DNA of 64,000 bases from an uncultured Oscillospiraceae bacterium (GCA_944385795.1 CALWYP010000038.1:5774-69773); one strand, 5' to 3'. Numbered from the stretch's first letter, positions 8,895 to 18,431 are shown. Notes: generated by a model not told the origin, from the sequence alone. Translations and numbers: made by a program.

Positions 8895-10709
8895 ATGAAG
8901 AAAGCGGCTTTCACGGCGCTGGTTATTGTGATTATGGCGGCGCTTCTGGGCGCTGCCCCGGGTAAGTTTGCGGATATAATATGCGACCCACCCAAAGGGA
9001 CCAAGGCCGACATCAATTTTATATTTGTCGATGAAACAGGCAACGAAATCTATTCGGAGCTCAAGGAAGGCGTGGGCGCGTGGAACGCAAATATAAATAT
9101 TAAAGTGAACTCGGGCGAAATTGAAGACGTCGTCCCGACGGTCGGCCGCTTCAACAGCAGCAGCATCGACGGCGCGGAAGCCGTGCTCAGCTTCTCATGC
9201 CCGAACGGAAGCACGGAGACAATATGGATAACGGTCAGCGGGGCGGAGCTCGAAGAAGAGGGACTGCCGCTGGCCGTTTCTGTTTCAGAGGCCAGAAAGA
9301 TGCTGCAGGCCGCGGGCGTGGAGGCCGCGGACGCTCAGATAGAGTCCGTGAGCATGAGCTCCGGGCTGGGCGAAACGGAGTTCGTAAAGAGCGGGGAGAA
9401 TTTCATAGCCGAAATCGGCAAAGCCTTCAACGAGAGCACGACTTTTGAACTCAATATTGCCTATTCCTCGGCCGTAAGGGGGCAAATTACAATACCTTCG
9501 GGGAACGTGTCCGTCCTCACAGCGTTCAGCGGCTGGGAGCTGTTTTCCGCGAAAGAGGTATACGTCGTGAAGTTCGTGGACAGCGTGAGCGTGATCGAAA
9601 CCAGGTACGTCGAAGAGGGCAGCGTGCTCGGCCCGCTGCCGGAATATGAGGCCGAGGGCTTCTCCGGCTGGACCTGTTCGGGCGAGGCTGTGGGCTCCTG
9701 GACCGAGGTAGGCTCAAACATGACCATCGAGGCCGGCTTCAGCGAAGAGGCGGACTCGGAGCTCGTATACATCTCCAACGACGACGGGGAATTCGTCTCG
9801 ATGCTCGAGTCCGAGTTCGGCCCCATAGACGACTACAGCTTCCGGGCGCGCCTGGAGGGCCGCTTCGAACACGGCAACGAGAACTACTATAAGAACGGCT
9901 GGGAAGACGACGGAACGGTCTATATTGTCTATAATTGCGACGCAAACGAGGGCGACAGGGATAAGTACGAAAATAAGTATGTTTCGTATAGAGATTTTAC
10001 GGCTCTGAGAATATATGCAGAGGCAAACGGACAGGAAATAAGTAAAGTGTTGAGCGAAGACGAGCTCTATGTGGACTACAGCGGGGGCGTATGGCAGATC
10101 GCGCTCAAGCCGCGCGCCTTTACCCAGCTGGACACCAGCACGGGCTGGGCCTATATGGACGGGCGGGGCGAGCGGCTGTTCGCGCCCGAGGAGAATATAA
10201 CGAGGGGAGAGGCCTGCGCGATCTTCTTCCGCTGCCTGACGGCGGAGAGCCGCGCCGCGCTGACCCAGCGCGAGCAGTTCGGCGACGTGGACGTGAACGA
10301 CTGGTTCTACGACGCGGTCACCAAGCTCGCGGCTGCCGGCGCGATAGACGGCTGGAACGGCATGTTCGCGCCGGACACGGACATCACGCGCGCGGAGTTC
10401 ACCGCCCTCGCCGTGCGGACGGCCAACATCCAGCCGATCTCCGGGACATATTTCGCCGACGCGGCGGGGCATTGGGCCGAGGGCGAGATTAACGCGGCGG
10501 CGCGGCTGGGCATAATCGGCGGCTATCCCGACGGGAGCTTCCGCCCGGACGCCCGTATAACCCGCGCCGAGGCCGTCACCATCCTCAACGGCATACTCGG
10601 CCGCGAGGGCTCGGTGCCCGGCTGGGCGGCCGCGTGGGACGACGTGCTGCCCGGGGCCTGGTACTTCGCCGACGTGGCCCTCGCCACAACGGGGGAAATG
10701 CGCGAGTGA
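8895..10709 (+). CDS. Secreted cell-surface protein with C-terminal S-layer-homology (SLH) repeats
   Basis: N-terminal signal-like segment MKKAAFTALVIVIMAALLGAAPG. C-terminal SLH-like repeats (FGDVDVNDWFYDAVTKLAAAGAIDG; FADAAGHWAEGEINAAARLGIIGGYPDGSFRPDARITRAEAVTILN). RBS GGGAGGAAGAGAGG. Confidence 0.8.
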   Translation: MKKAAFTALVIVIMAALLGAAPGKFADIICDPPKGTKADINFIFVDETGNEIYSELKEGVGAWNANINIKVNSGEIEDVVPTVGRFNSSSIDGAEAVLSFSCPNGSTETIWITVSGAELEEEGLPLAVSVSEARKMLQAAGVEAADAQIESVSMSSGLGETEFVKSGENFIAEIGKAFNESTTFELNIAYSSAVRGQITIPSGNVSVLTAFSGWELFSAKEVYVVKFVDSVSVIETRYVEEGSVLGPLPEYEAEGFSGWTCSGEAVGSWTEVGSNMTIEAGFSEEADSELVYISNDDGEFVSMLESEFGPIDDYSFRARLEGRFEHGNENYYKNGWEDDGTVYIVYNCDANEGDRDKYENKYVSYRDFTALRIYAEANGQEISKVLSEDELYVDYSGGVWQIALKPRAFTQLDTSTGWAYMDGRGERLFAPEENITRGEACAIFFRCLTAESRAALTQREQFGDVDVNDWFYDAVTKLAAAGAIDGWNGMFAPDTDITRAEFTALAVRTANIQPISGTYFADAAGHWAEGEINAAARLGIIGGYPDGSFRPDARITRAEAVTILNGILGREGSVPGWAAAWDDVLPGAWYFADVALATTGEMRE

Positions 10710-10777
10710 GGCCCGGGTTTTGCCGCGCGGGAATAAATCCGCCCCGGGACGCGGCCTGCGTCCCGGGGCGGAGGTGT

Positions 10778-13135
10778 TTATCTAGGTTTCTTTGCCCGCG
10801 CCGGCGCGCCGGCGAGACGGGCGGCGGCGGCCAGCGGCCGGCCGTTGGCCAGCTCCGCGAGGGCGGCGAAAAGCCCGCCCCTTATGCCGCCGTTTATCTG
10901 CATGGTGCGCAGGGGCGCGCCGGCGGACGAGGCCAGCATCATACGGTAGCGCGGGTCGCCCCTGTCCCAGCCGAAGCCGCGGGCTATCCAGGCCTCTATG
11001 CCGAAATACGCGAGGCGCATGAGGGCCGAGGAGGCGCGCATCTCCATCACGGAGCTGTCCAGGGAGTACCCGCCCTTCGCCGGGGCGGGGGCGGTATGCG
11101 CGCGGCCCAGCATGGCCTCCCACTGGCCGCGCGGCGGCGCGCCCGCGGGCCGCTCGTACCAGCTCCCCGGCTGCCAGGCGGGGACGGGCAGCTCCTCGCC
11201 GGCGACGTCTATGCTCCCGCGCAGGCGCAGGTCGTCCGAGCCACCGCCTATGAGCACGGAGTAGGCCCCGGCGGGCACGCGCCAGCCGTCCTGCCAGACG
11301 GCGAAGCTCCGCGGCGTGAGCGTGAAGTTTATCTCCGCGCTCTCGCCGGGACGGAGGAAGACCTTCCTGAAGCCGCGCAGCTCCTTCGCCGGGCGGTGTA
11401 CGCCGCCATGTGGCGGGGCTATATAGAGCTGGACGGCCTCCGCGCCCGGGACCGCCCCCGTGTTCTTCAGGGAAAACGAGACGGACATGCCCTCTATCCT
11501 CAGGCCCGAGTACTCAAACCTGGTGTAGGACAGCCCGTGGCCGAAGGCCCAGCGGGGCCTGACACCGGCCTTGTCGTAGTACCTGTAGCCGACGTAGACG
11601 CCCTCGCGGTATTCGCAGTCGCGCCCGGAGGCGAAGCAAGCGCTGCTGGCGCAGTCTCCGTACCTGAAGGGCCAGCTCTCGGCGAGCTTGCCCGAGGGGT
11701 TGACGCGGCCGTAGAGCAGGTCGGCGGCCGCCGAGCCGCCCGCCTGGCCGGGCAGGCCCATATAGAGCACGGCGTTGACCCTGTCCGCCCAGGGGCACTC
11801 CACGGGCCCGCCGCAGCTCAGCACCACGACGGTGTTGGGATTCGCCGCCGCGGCGGCCTCTATGAGCCTGAGCTGGCCCTCGGGCATGGACATGCCGTCG
11901 CGGTCGAAGCCCTCGCTCTCGTACTTCGCGGGCAGCCCGGCGAACACCACGGCGGCGTCCGCGTCCCTCGCGGCGAAGACGGCCTCGTTCAGCATGGCCG
12001 GGGCCGTGGAGCCGTCGCCCGCGCAGCCCTGCGCGAAGGCCGCGCCCGGCATGGCGTCCAGCGCGCTGGTCAGGCGCGTGGGGTTTATGTGGCTGGAGCC
12101 GGAGCCCTGGTATCGCGGCTCCCTGGCCATGTCGCCGATGAGCGCCACCTTCCAGCCGGGGTCAAGGGGCAGGGCGCCTTTGTTTTGCAGCAGCACCGCG
12201 CCCTCCGCGGCGGCGCGGCGCGCGAGGGCGTCGTGCTTATCGAAGCCGGGCCCGCCCTCGGGCGCCCTGCGGGCCGCGCCTATGAACTCCAGCACGCGGC
12301 GGGCGCACTTGTCCAGCTCCCCGGCGTCCAGGGCGCCGGAGAGCGCCGCCCGCCTGACGTCCTTGAACATATAGCGGCTGCCCCCGGGCATATTGAGGTC
12401 GCAGCCGGCGCGGAAGCCCTCGACGCGGTCGTGCATCGCGCCCCAGTCGGTGACGACAAGGCCGCCGAAGCCCCACTCGTCCCGGAGTATGCCCGTGAGC
12501 AGGCGCTTGTTGTCGCTGCAATACACGCCGTTTAGCTTGTTGTAGGCGCACATGACGGCGGCCGGCGCCGCCTCTTTGACGGCGGCCTCGAAGCCGGCGA
12601 GGTAAATCTCGCGCAGGGTGCGCTCGTCCATGACGCTGTCGGAGCTGAAACGCGAGGCCTCGCGGTTGTTGGCGGCGAAGTGCTTTATGCACGCGCCCGT
12701 GCCGTTGGCCTGGAGCCCCTTTATGTGCGCGGCGGCGAGCCCTCCCGTGAGGAAGGGGTCCTCGGAGAAGTACTCGAAATTGCGCCCGCACAGGGGGTTG
12801 CGCTTTATGTTCGCGGCCGGGCCGAGGACGAGCGCCACGCCCAGGGCGCGGGCCTCCTCGCCTATGGCCGCGCCGACCTCGCGGACTAGGGCCTCGTCCC
12901 AGGAGCCGGCCAGCGTGACGGCGGCCGGGAAGCAGGTGGACGGGGCCGAGCGGTTGACGCCGAGCATGTCCATGTCCTCCGTATCCTGCTTCCGGAGCCC
13001 GTGCGGGCCGTCGCACATGAATACGGAGGGTATACCGTACCTGGCGAAGCCCCGCGTCTGCCAGAAGTCCGCGCCCTCGCAGAGCGCTATCTTGTCGTCC
13101 AGGGACATGGCCCTCAGCACGGCTCCGGCGTCCAT
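10778..13135 (-). CDS. Glycoside hydrolase family 3 beta-glucosidase-like enzyme
   Basis: GH3 hallmarks: CDGPHGLR, KHFAANN, and GFGGLVVTDWGAM (nucleophile Asp context). Start moved to ATG 13135, which follows GGAGGG. The track start 13174 lacks an RBS. Confidence 0.85.
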   Translation of the reverse strand: MDAGAVLRAMSLDDKIALCEGADFWQTRGFARYGIPSVFMCDGPHGLRKQDTEDMDMLGVNRSAPSTCFPAAVTLAGSWDEALVREVGAAIGEEARALGVALVLGPAANIKRNPLCGRNFEYFSEDPFLTGGLAAAHIKGLQANGTGACIKHFAANNREASRFSSDSVMDERTLREIYLAGFEAAVKEAAPAAVMCAYNKLNGVYCSDNKRLLTGILRDEWGFGGLVVTDWGAMHDRVEGFRAGCDLNMPGGSRYMFKDVRRAALSGALDAGELDKCARRVLEFIGAARRAPEGGPGFDKHDALARRAAAEGAVLLQNKGALPLDPGWKVALIGDMAREPRYQGSGSSHINPTRLTSALDAMPGAAFAQGCAGDGSTAPAMLNEAVFAARDADAAVVFAGLPAKYESEGFDRDGMSMPEGQLRLIEAAAAANPNTVVVLSCGGPVECPWADRVNAVLYMGLPGQAGGSAAADLLYGRVNPSGKLAESWPFRYGDCASSACFASGRDCEYREGVYVGYRYYDKAGVRPRWAFGHGLSYTRFEYSGLRIEGMSVSFSLKNTGAVPGAEAVQLYIAPPHGGVHRPAKELRGFRKVFLRPGESAEINFTLTPRSFAVWQDGWRVPAGAYSVLIGGGSDDLRLRGSIDVAGEELPVPAWQPGSWYERPAGAPPRGQWEAMLGRAHTAPAPAKGGYSLDSSVMEMRASSALMRLAYFGIEAWIARGFGWDRGDPRYRMMLASSAGAPLRTMQINGGIRGGLFAALAELANGRPLAAAARLAGAPARAKKPR

Positions 13136-13250
13136 TCCCGTCCCTCCTTCCTGATAAAAATAACGATGATACAAACGCTCCCGGGCCGCCGCGCGCCCGG
13201 ATAAAAGCCAAGGCCCGGGGCGCGCGCCGCCGGGCCTTCCCGTCCCCGGC

Positions 13251-14864
13251 TCAGCCCCAGAGGGCGGTGAGCATGGGGATTATCTGTTTCTTGCGGCTCA
13301 TGACGCCCTTCAGGAAGAGGTAGTGGTCCTTGGGCTCCTTGCTGAAGGCCTGGCGTATGGTGTCGTCGCTGCCGACGTAGAAGATGTGGGAGCCCTCCTG
13401 CAATACGTCTGTTATCATCAGCATGACGAGGTCGTATTCCTGCTTGTCCTTGAGCTTGTTCATAAGCGTGAGGAACTCGTCGCGCCGGCCGAGCAGGTGG
13501 TCTGCGTCCACGCAGGTGATCTGGCTCACGCCAATATTCTGCTCGGCGATGTGGAACTGCTTGTAGTCGGAGCGGAAGAGCTCCTCGGCGCTCTTGCCGT
13601 CCATGCTGCCGGCGGCGTAGAGCTCGCGGCCGATCTCGTCTATGGTCACCCCGGCTATGCGGGCCAGGCGCTCCGCCATGGCGACGTCGCGCTTCGTGCA
13701 GGTGGGCGACTTGAACATGACGGTGTCGGAGAGGATGGCCCCGGCCATGAGCCCGGCTATCTTGGGCGCGGGCATGATGCCGCGCTCCTGGTACATCGCC
13801 GTGAGGATGGTGTTCGTGCTGCCCACGGGCTCGTTGCGCACGCGGATAGGCGCCGTGGTCTGTATATCGGCCAGGCGGTGGTGGTCGATTATCTCGAGTA
13901 TTTCCACCTGGTCTAGGGCGGGGACGCTCTGGGCGGCCTCGTTGTGGTCTACCAGCACCACCTGCTTCCTGCGCGGGCGCAGCAGGTGGAAGCGGCTTAT
14001 CGTGCCTACGACCTTCCCGGCGGAGTTTAGCACGGGATAGGAGCGGTAGCGGCTCTTGAGCATGATCTCACGCACGTCGTCGATGTAGTCGGAGAGGTGG
14101 AAGGCCACTATGTCCTTCTTCATGACTATGCGCTCGACGGGCAGGGCCTGGTAGATTATGCGCGAGACGCGCCTCGCGGAGAGCGGGGTGGAGATGACGC
14201 AGATGCCGCTGCCGGCCTCGGCCCATTCCTTGCGCATGTTGGCGCGGCATATTATGAGGCAGCGCACGCCGCTGGCTATGGCCTTTTCGATTATCTCCGG
14301 CTGGTCGCCGCATATGAGGACGGTGTCGGGCCTGACCAGCGCCGGGTCCTCAAAGTTCTGGGGCAGGGCTATGTACAGCTCCCCGGAGATGTCCGTCGCC
14401 GCGCAGTTGAGCTCGTTGACAAGCGTGCCCTCCAGCACGCTGAGCAGGTTGAAGAGCGGGACGTTTTCAACGCGGTTCTGCATGATGGTCTGCATGTCGT
14501 AGCTGGCTATGTCCCCGGCTGAAAGCATACCGAAAAGCGTGCCGTCGTCGTTGACGATGGGCACGACGCTGACCTCGTTGTCGCGCATGGTGCGCCAGGC
14601 GAGGTCGAGCGGGACCGTGCGGTCCAGCGCCGGGGTGTGGTCGTAGTCGAGGTCGGCCACCTGCGTGCGCAGGTTCTTGACCAGCGGCGGGGCGTCCGCG
14701 CCGAAGCGCTTTAGGAGCCTCGCCGTCTCGTCGTTGACCGAGCCGAGCCTTATCGCCTTGTATGAACGGTCGCCCATCGCGTTTTGCAGGTTGGCGTAAG
14801 CGATGGCGGCGACTATGGAGTCCGTATCCGGGTTGCGGTGTCCGGTGACGTAGATGTCGCCCAT
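13251..14864 (-). CDS. Family II (DHH) inorganic pyrophosphatase with inserted CBS/DRTGG regulatory domains
   Basis: GHRNPDTDS, VLVDHNE and IDHHR DHH/DHHA2 motifs, with a CBS-like insertion between them. ATG 14864 is preceded by AAGAGGTG. The track start 14873 is a GTG three codons upstream. Confidence 0.8.
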   Translation of the reverse strand: MGDIYVTGHRNPDTDSIVAAIAYANLQNAMGDRSYKAIRLGSVNDETARLLKRFGADAPPLVKNLRTQVADLDYDHTPALDRTVPLDLAWRTMRDNEVSVVPIVNDDGTLFGMLSAGDIASYDMQTIMQNRVENVPLFNLLSVLEGTLVNELNCAATDISGELYIALPQNFEDPALVRPDTVLICGDQPEIIEKAIASGVRCLIICRANMRKEWAEAGSGICVISTPLSARRVSRIIYQALPVERIVMKKDIVAFHLSDYIDDVREIMLKSRYRSYPVLNSAGKVVGTISRFHLLRPRRKQVVLVDHNEAAQSVPALDQVEILEIIDHHRLADIQTTAPIRVRNEPVGSTNTILTAMYQERGIMPAPKIAGLMAGAILSDTVMFKSPTCTKRDVAMAERLARIAGVTIDEIGRELYAAGSMDGKSAEELFRSDYKQFHIAEQNIGVSQITCVDADHLLGRRDEFLTLMNKLKDKQEYDLVMLMITDVLQEGSHIFYVGSDDTIRQAFSKEPKDHYLFLKGVMSRKKQIIPMLTALWG

Positions 14865-15054
14865 ATGTTGCACCTCTTTGTGGATATAAGTTACGCGCGC
14901 CGCGCGGAGCGCCCGCGGCCGGCGCGCAGCCCTGAGGCCACTTAATTATAACAGCCCGATGCGGATTTGTATAGTGAAAAAACATCCTATTTTGGCCTGG
15001 AAATCGTTAAATTTCGCACTAACTTTGCGCAATTAACCCTTAACCGGACGGCAA

Positions 15055-15080
15055 GGGCCCGCGGCATCGGCCGCGGGCCC
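15055..15080 (-). terminator. GC-rich hairpin downstream of the lyase gene
   Basis: GGGCCCGCGG-CCGATG-CCGCGGGCCC on the minus strand just after the stop codon. The U-tract is weak. Confidence 0.45.
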
Positions 15081-15108
15081 CGGGGTTGGCGTATCCTGTA
15101 GGCGCCTT

Positions 15109-16557
15109 TTACAGGCTGTCGCCGAAATCGGCGCGGAACTTGGCGGCGAGCTTTTCCTCCCAATCGCTGGTGGGCTCGAGCCGGCCGAAGAAGAAGCGCA
15201 GGCTGCTCGGCTCCTCGACCCAGCGCAGGCCGCCGACGAGCTCGCGGTTCTCGAACAGCCAGCTTATGCGGTCTACCGCGTAGAGCACCTGGCTCATTGT
15301 GAAGACGCGCCTGGGCATGGCGAGGCGCAGGAGCTCCACGTCGGCGATGGGCTCCGTGCCGTCGGGCTCGCGCTGCTCGCTGAGCGTGCCGCGCTCCATG
15401 CCGCGGATGCCGCCGGCGATGTACACGGCCGCGGCCAGGGCGCCGGCGGGGTACTCGTGGTCGTCGATATGCGGCAGGAACTCGCGCGCGTTGAGGTGGC
15501 AGCCCAGGCCGCCGGCGGGCGTCACGACCGGCACGCCGTGTTTTTGCGGCTCGCGGGTCATGAAGTCGATGAAGATCGGGCCCTGGCTTATGACGTCCTC
15601 GTCCATGGTCTCGTCGAGGCCGACGGTGATGGCCTCCATCTCGCGCACGCTCATGCCGCCGTAGGTGAGGAAGCCCTCGTACATGGGCACCAGCTCGCGC
15701 ATGGCCTCGAAGTGCTTTTTGTCGTGTATCGCGATGCAGCCGCCGCGGGCGAAGCCGAACTTGCGCGCGGAGAAGTAGATGATGTCGAACTCGTCGGCCA
15801 CGGCGCGGGTTATCTCGCGTATGCTCATGCCCTTGCAGGCTTCCTCGCGGGTCTTTATGAAGTAGAGGTTGTCCTGCAGCAGGCTCGCGTCGAGGACGGT
15901 CATGATACCGTTCTCGCGGCAGATCCCGCAGACGTCGCGCATGTTCTGAAGGCTGAGCGGCTGGCCGCCAATGAGGTTCGTGCCGGCCTCGATACGGAGG
16001 AAGGGTATGTGCTCCACGCCGGTGTCGGCGATGAATTTCCTGAGCTTGCCGAGGTCTATGTCGCCCTTGAAGGGGTCGTCGCTCGTGGTCTTTATGCCCT
16101 CGTCCTTGACGAGCTCGGCCACGCTGGCGCCGAGGCGGGTGATATGCGCCTTGGTCGTGGTGAAGTGGAAGTTCATAGGCACCACGTCGCCGGGCTTCAC
16201 AAAGGCGACGGCCAGGATGTTCTCGCAGGCGCGGCCCTGGTGGGCGGGGAGGAGGAAGTCGGTGCCGAAGAGCTCGTGCACCTTCGCCTCGAGCCGGTCG
16301 AAGCTGGCGCTGCCGGCGTAGCTGTCGTCGCATATCAGCATGGCGGCGGTTTGTCGGTCGCTCATGCCGTTTACGCCGGAATCGGTGAGCATGTCGAGGA
16401 AGATGTCCTTGTTCTTGAGCAGGAAGGTGTTGTTCCCAGCCTCCGTGATGGCCTCGAGGCGGCGCTCGACGCTCTGTAGGTTGAGCTTCTGGACCATGCG
16501 CACCTTGTGCAGCTCGAGGGGGATGTCCATACCCGTGAAGAACTTGATGTTTGCCAT
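15109..16557 (-). CDS. tpl: PLP-dependent beta-eliminating lyase, tyrosine phenol-lyase-like (tryptophanase/TPL family)
   Basis: Family-typical blocks FLDMLTDSGVNGMSD, PAHQGRACEN, GGQPLSL and SARK (PLP Lys context). It has FTTT and LRFF where, as I recall them, tryptophanases have FDTT and LRHF. This favours TPL over tryptophanase. Confidence 0.7.
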   Translation of the reverse strand: MANIKFFTGMDIPLELHKVRMVQKLNLQSVERRLEAITEAGNNTFLLKNKDIFLDMLTDSGVNGMSDRQTAAMLICDDSYAGSASFDRLEAKVHELFGTDFLLPAHQGRACENILAVAFVKPGDVVPMNFHFTTTKAHITRLGASVAELVKDEGIKTTSDDPFKGDIDLGKLRKFIADTGVEHIPFLRIEAGTNLIGGQPLSLQNMRDVCGICRENGIMTVLDASLLQDNLYFIKTREEACKGMSIREITRAVADEFDIIYFSARKFGFARGGCIAIHDKKHFEAMRELVPMYEGFLTYGGMSVREMEAITVGLDETMDEDVISQGPIFIDFMTREPQKHGVPVVTPAGGLGCHLNAREFLPHIDDHEYPAGALAAAVYIAGGIRGMERGTLSEQREPDGTEPIADVELLRLAMPRRVFTMSQVLYAVDRISWLFENRELVGGLRWVEEPSSLRFFFGRLEPTSDWEEKLAAKFRADFGDSL

Positions 16558-16619
16558 GATTTTTAGCTCCTTCTTTTTTAGTCTTGGAGGAGCCGTTTGG
16601 CGGCGGTCCCACCGGGTTT

Positions 16620-16925
16620 TGAGGAAAAGAAAAACGCCCTTCCTCTCAATAGAGGACGAGCGCCAAATCCCGTGTTACCACCTCAGTTCGCCGTCACCTC
16701 ACGATAACGGCCTTTTCGAGTGCGTCGGCAAAAGCCGAGATACTCTATCTCTGTAACGGGAGAAGCCCGGCCCGGCCTACCGGCGCTGACGCGCTTTCGT
16801 GGAGCGGCTCGTGCGTGTATTCCCGGGGCGGTCCTGATGCCTCGCAGCAACCGGCACTTCTCTGAAGGTCCCGTTACCCGGTACTATTCCGCAGTCACAG
16901 CCGTTGGCCTGTGTGAACTTGCTTT
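16620..16925 (-). promoter_or_regulatory. T-box riboswitch leader, probable Tyr (UAC) specifier
   Basis: Minus strand features: AG-bulge/distal-loop block AGAGAAGUGCCGGUUGCUGCGAGGCA. Specifier-type internal loop with AGUA opposite GAA-UAC-A (UAC at 16819..16817). T-box sequence GAGGUGGUAACACGG (16671..16686). Terminator UCCUCU-AUUG-AGAGGA plus a U-run (about 16625..16664). Confidence 0.75.
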
Positions 16926-16927
16926 GA

Positions 16928-16956
16928 ATTATAATCTCGCCGCTTTAAATTGTCAA
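16928..16956 (-). promoter_or_regulatory. Consensus sigma-A promoter driving the T-box leader
   Basis: TTGACA (16956..16951), a 17-nt spacer, then TATAAT (16933..16928) on the minus strand. Confidence 0.75.
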
Positions 16957-17008
16957 CTGGGAAAATAGTGAATTGTGGGCAGAGAAAGGGAGGGAGATTT
17001 GTGGATTG

Positions 17009-17473
17009 TCACAGCCCGCCCTCCGTCAGCTCGGCCAGCAGGCCGGCGAGGCCCTCGCTCAAATCGTCCCAGGTGGCGCGGAAATCCCCCGTGTACCAGG
17101 GGTCGGCCACCTGCTGCCCGGAGCGGCCGCAGTGGTCGAGCAGTAGGGAGATCTTCCCCTCCGGGTCCCCGCCGGAGAGGCGGCGCAGGTTGCGCAGGTT
17201 CTCGTTGTCCATGCAGATTATAAGGTCATATTGGTCATACTCCGCGCGCGCCATGCGGTGCGCCGCGTGCCCCGCGCAGCCTATCCCGTGCGCGGCGAGC
17301 TCCCGCCGGGCGGGCGGGTAGACGGGGTTGCCGAGCTCCTCCGAGCTGGTGGCCGCCGAGCGTATGTAGAACCTCCCGCCGGCGCCGGCCTTTTTGACCA
17401 TGTCCTTGAACATAAATTCCGCCATAGGCGAGCGGCAGATGTTGCCGTGGCAGACGAATAAAACTTTTATCAT
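17009..17473 (-). CDS. Low-molecular-weight protein-tyrosine phosphatase
   Basis: N-terminal P-loop VCHGNICRSPMAE (CX5R-S) and a C-terminal DPWY-type Asp loop (VADPWYTGD). Confidence 0.85.
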   Translation of the reverse strand: MIKVLFVCHGNICRSPMAEFMFKDMVKKAGAGGRFYIRSAATSSEELGNPVYPPARRELAAHGIGCAGHAAHRMARAEYDQYDLIICMDNENLRNLRRLSGGDPEGKISLLLDHCGRSGQQVADPWYTGDFRATWDDLSEGLAGLLAELTEGGL

Positions 17474-17629
17474 CTGTTTAGCTCTCCTGACTCTGCTGAA
17501 TTATACTTAAATATGCCGTGTTTTGCTCAATAGGCGAAGGCAGGGCTGGCGCTGTGCCGTGTCCATAGACGGACGCTCCGCCGCGGCCAAGTTCCGCGGC
17601 GCCGATAACAGGCCCCGGGGCGGAGGCCT

Positions 17630-18214
17630 TTACTTTTTGGGGTAGTGTATCACCATCACGGCGCGAGTTAGGGCGTCGGAGGCGCTGCGGTATGTATGCG
17701 GCTGATCCCCGCGGTAGTGTATGGCCGAGCCTCGAGGAACCGTATAGCGTTCGCGCCCCGCGCTCCCGAGGGTTATCTCTAGCGCGCCCTGATACACAAG
17801 CACGAACTCCTCCGTGCCATCGGCGTGGGCGCTGCTGTCCGAAACCGAGCCGGGGTCGAGCTCAAGATCGAGCATCTCAAAGTCCCGCCCGGGCCGAACC
17901 TTAAATATGGGATAGAGCCTGAAATGCCCCCTGTCGTTGAGCAGCGGGGTCATATCTGCCTCATTTACTATAGTGATGCCCTGCTCGCTGCGCTCCATGA
18001 GCGATGTAAAGGACACGTTGAGCCCGGTTGCGATTTTCCAGAGCGTTGAAATGGTTGGGCTGGATTCCCCGCGCTCTATCTGCCCGAGCATGCTTTTGCT
18101 TACCCCGGTGCGCTCGGAAACCTCGCCAAGGCTCAGCTGCGCCTGCGCGCGCAGGGCGCGAAGGTTTTCGGCAATAACGCGGTTCATATCCGTGGCTTCT
18201 TCTATATTGGGCAT
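17630..18214 (-). CDS. XRE-family HTH transcriptional regulator with a C-terminal cupin sensor domain
   Basis: HTH segment LSLGEVSERTGVSKSMLGQIERGESSPTISTLWKIA, followed by a cupin-like beta region (EEFVLVYQGALEI ... IHYRGDQPHTY). RBS GGAGGG lies 9 nt upstream. Confidence 0.8.
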   Translation of the reverse strand: MPNIEEATDMNRVIAENLRALRAQAQLSLGEVSERTGVSKSMLGQIERGESSPTISTLWKIATGLNVSFTSLMERSEQGITIVNEADMTPLLNDRGHFRLYPIFKVRPGRDFEMLDLELDPGSVSDSSAHADGTEEFVLVYQGALEITLGSAGRERYTVPRGSAIHYRGDQPHTYRSASDALTRAVMVIHYPKK

Positions 18215-18327
18215 GCGATGACTCCCTCCTCGACGTACGCTATAGCGTCTGATACATTTATACCACCCGCCGCTGGAAAGTACAACAAAATTTTTTGCTC
18301 ATGCGCTAAAAATGTGCCTGTCATCTG

Positions 18328-18384
18328 TTGACAATGAAAATGAAATGTGTTATCTTTAACGCACAGATGAGTGCGTTATAACGC
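18328..18384 (+). promoter_or_regulatory. Promoter with an overlapping operator-like repeat upstream of the glycyl radical enzyme gene
   Basis: TTGACA (18328..18333), a 17-nt spacer, then TATCTT (18351..18356). Immediately after comes the perfect inverted repeat TAACGCAC-AGATGA-GTGCGTTA (18357..18378) and a third half-site TAACGCA (18378..18384). Confidence 0.5.
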
Positions 18385-18431
18385 ATTACAAGCGCAGGAT
18401 TACATTCAGCTTTAAAGAAAGGATGACAGGC

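Noticed and set aside
10634-12535. 633-aa plus-strand ORF overlapping the GH3 gene
   Set aside because: It is an antisense shadow of a well-supported minus-strand gene. Its translation is dominated by Arg/Ala/Gly/Pro/His runs with no motifs, as expected from GC-rich third positions read in reverse.
13209-13238. Hairpin AAGGCCCGG ... CCGGGCCTT downstream of the pyrophosphatase gene as a terminator
   Set aside because: It is plausible, but the loop is long and GC-rich and the U-tract is poor. This was too weak to list as a feature.
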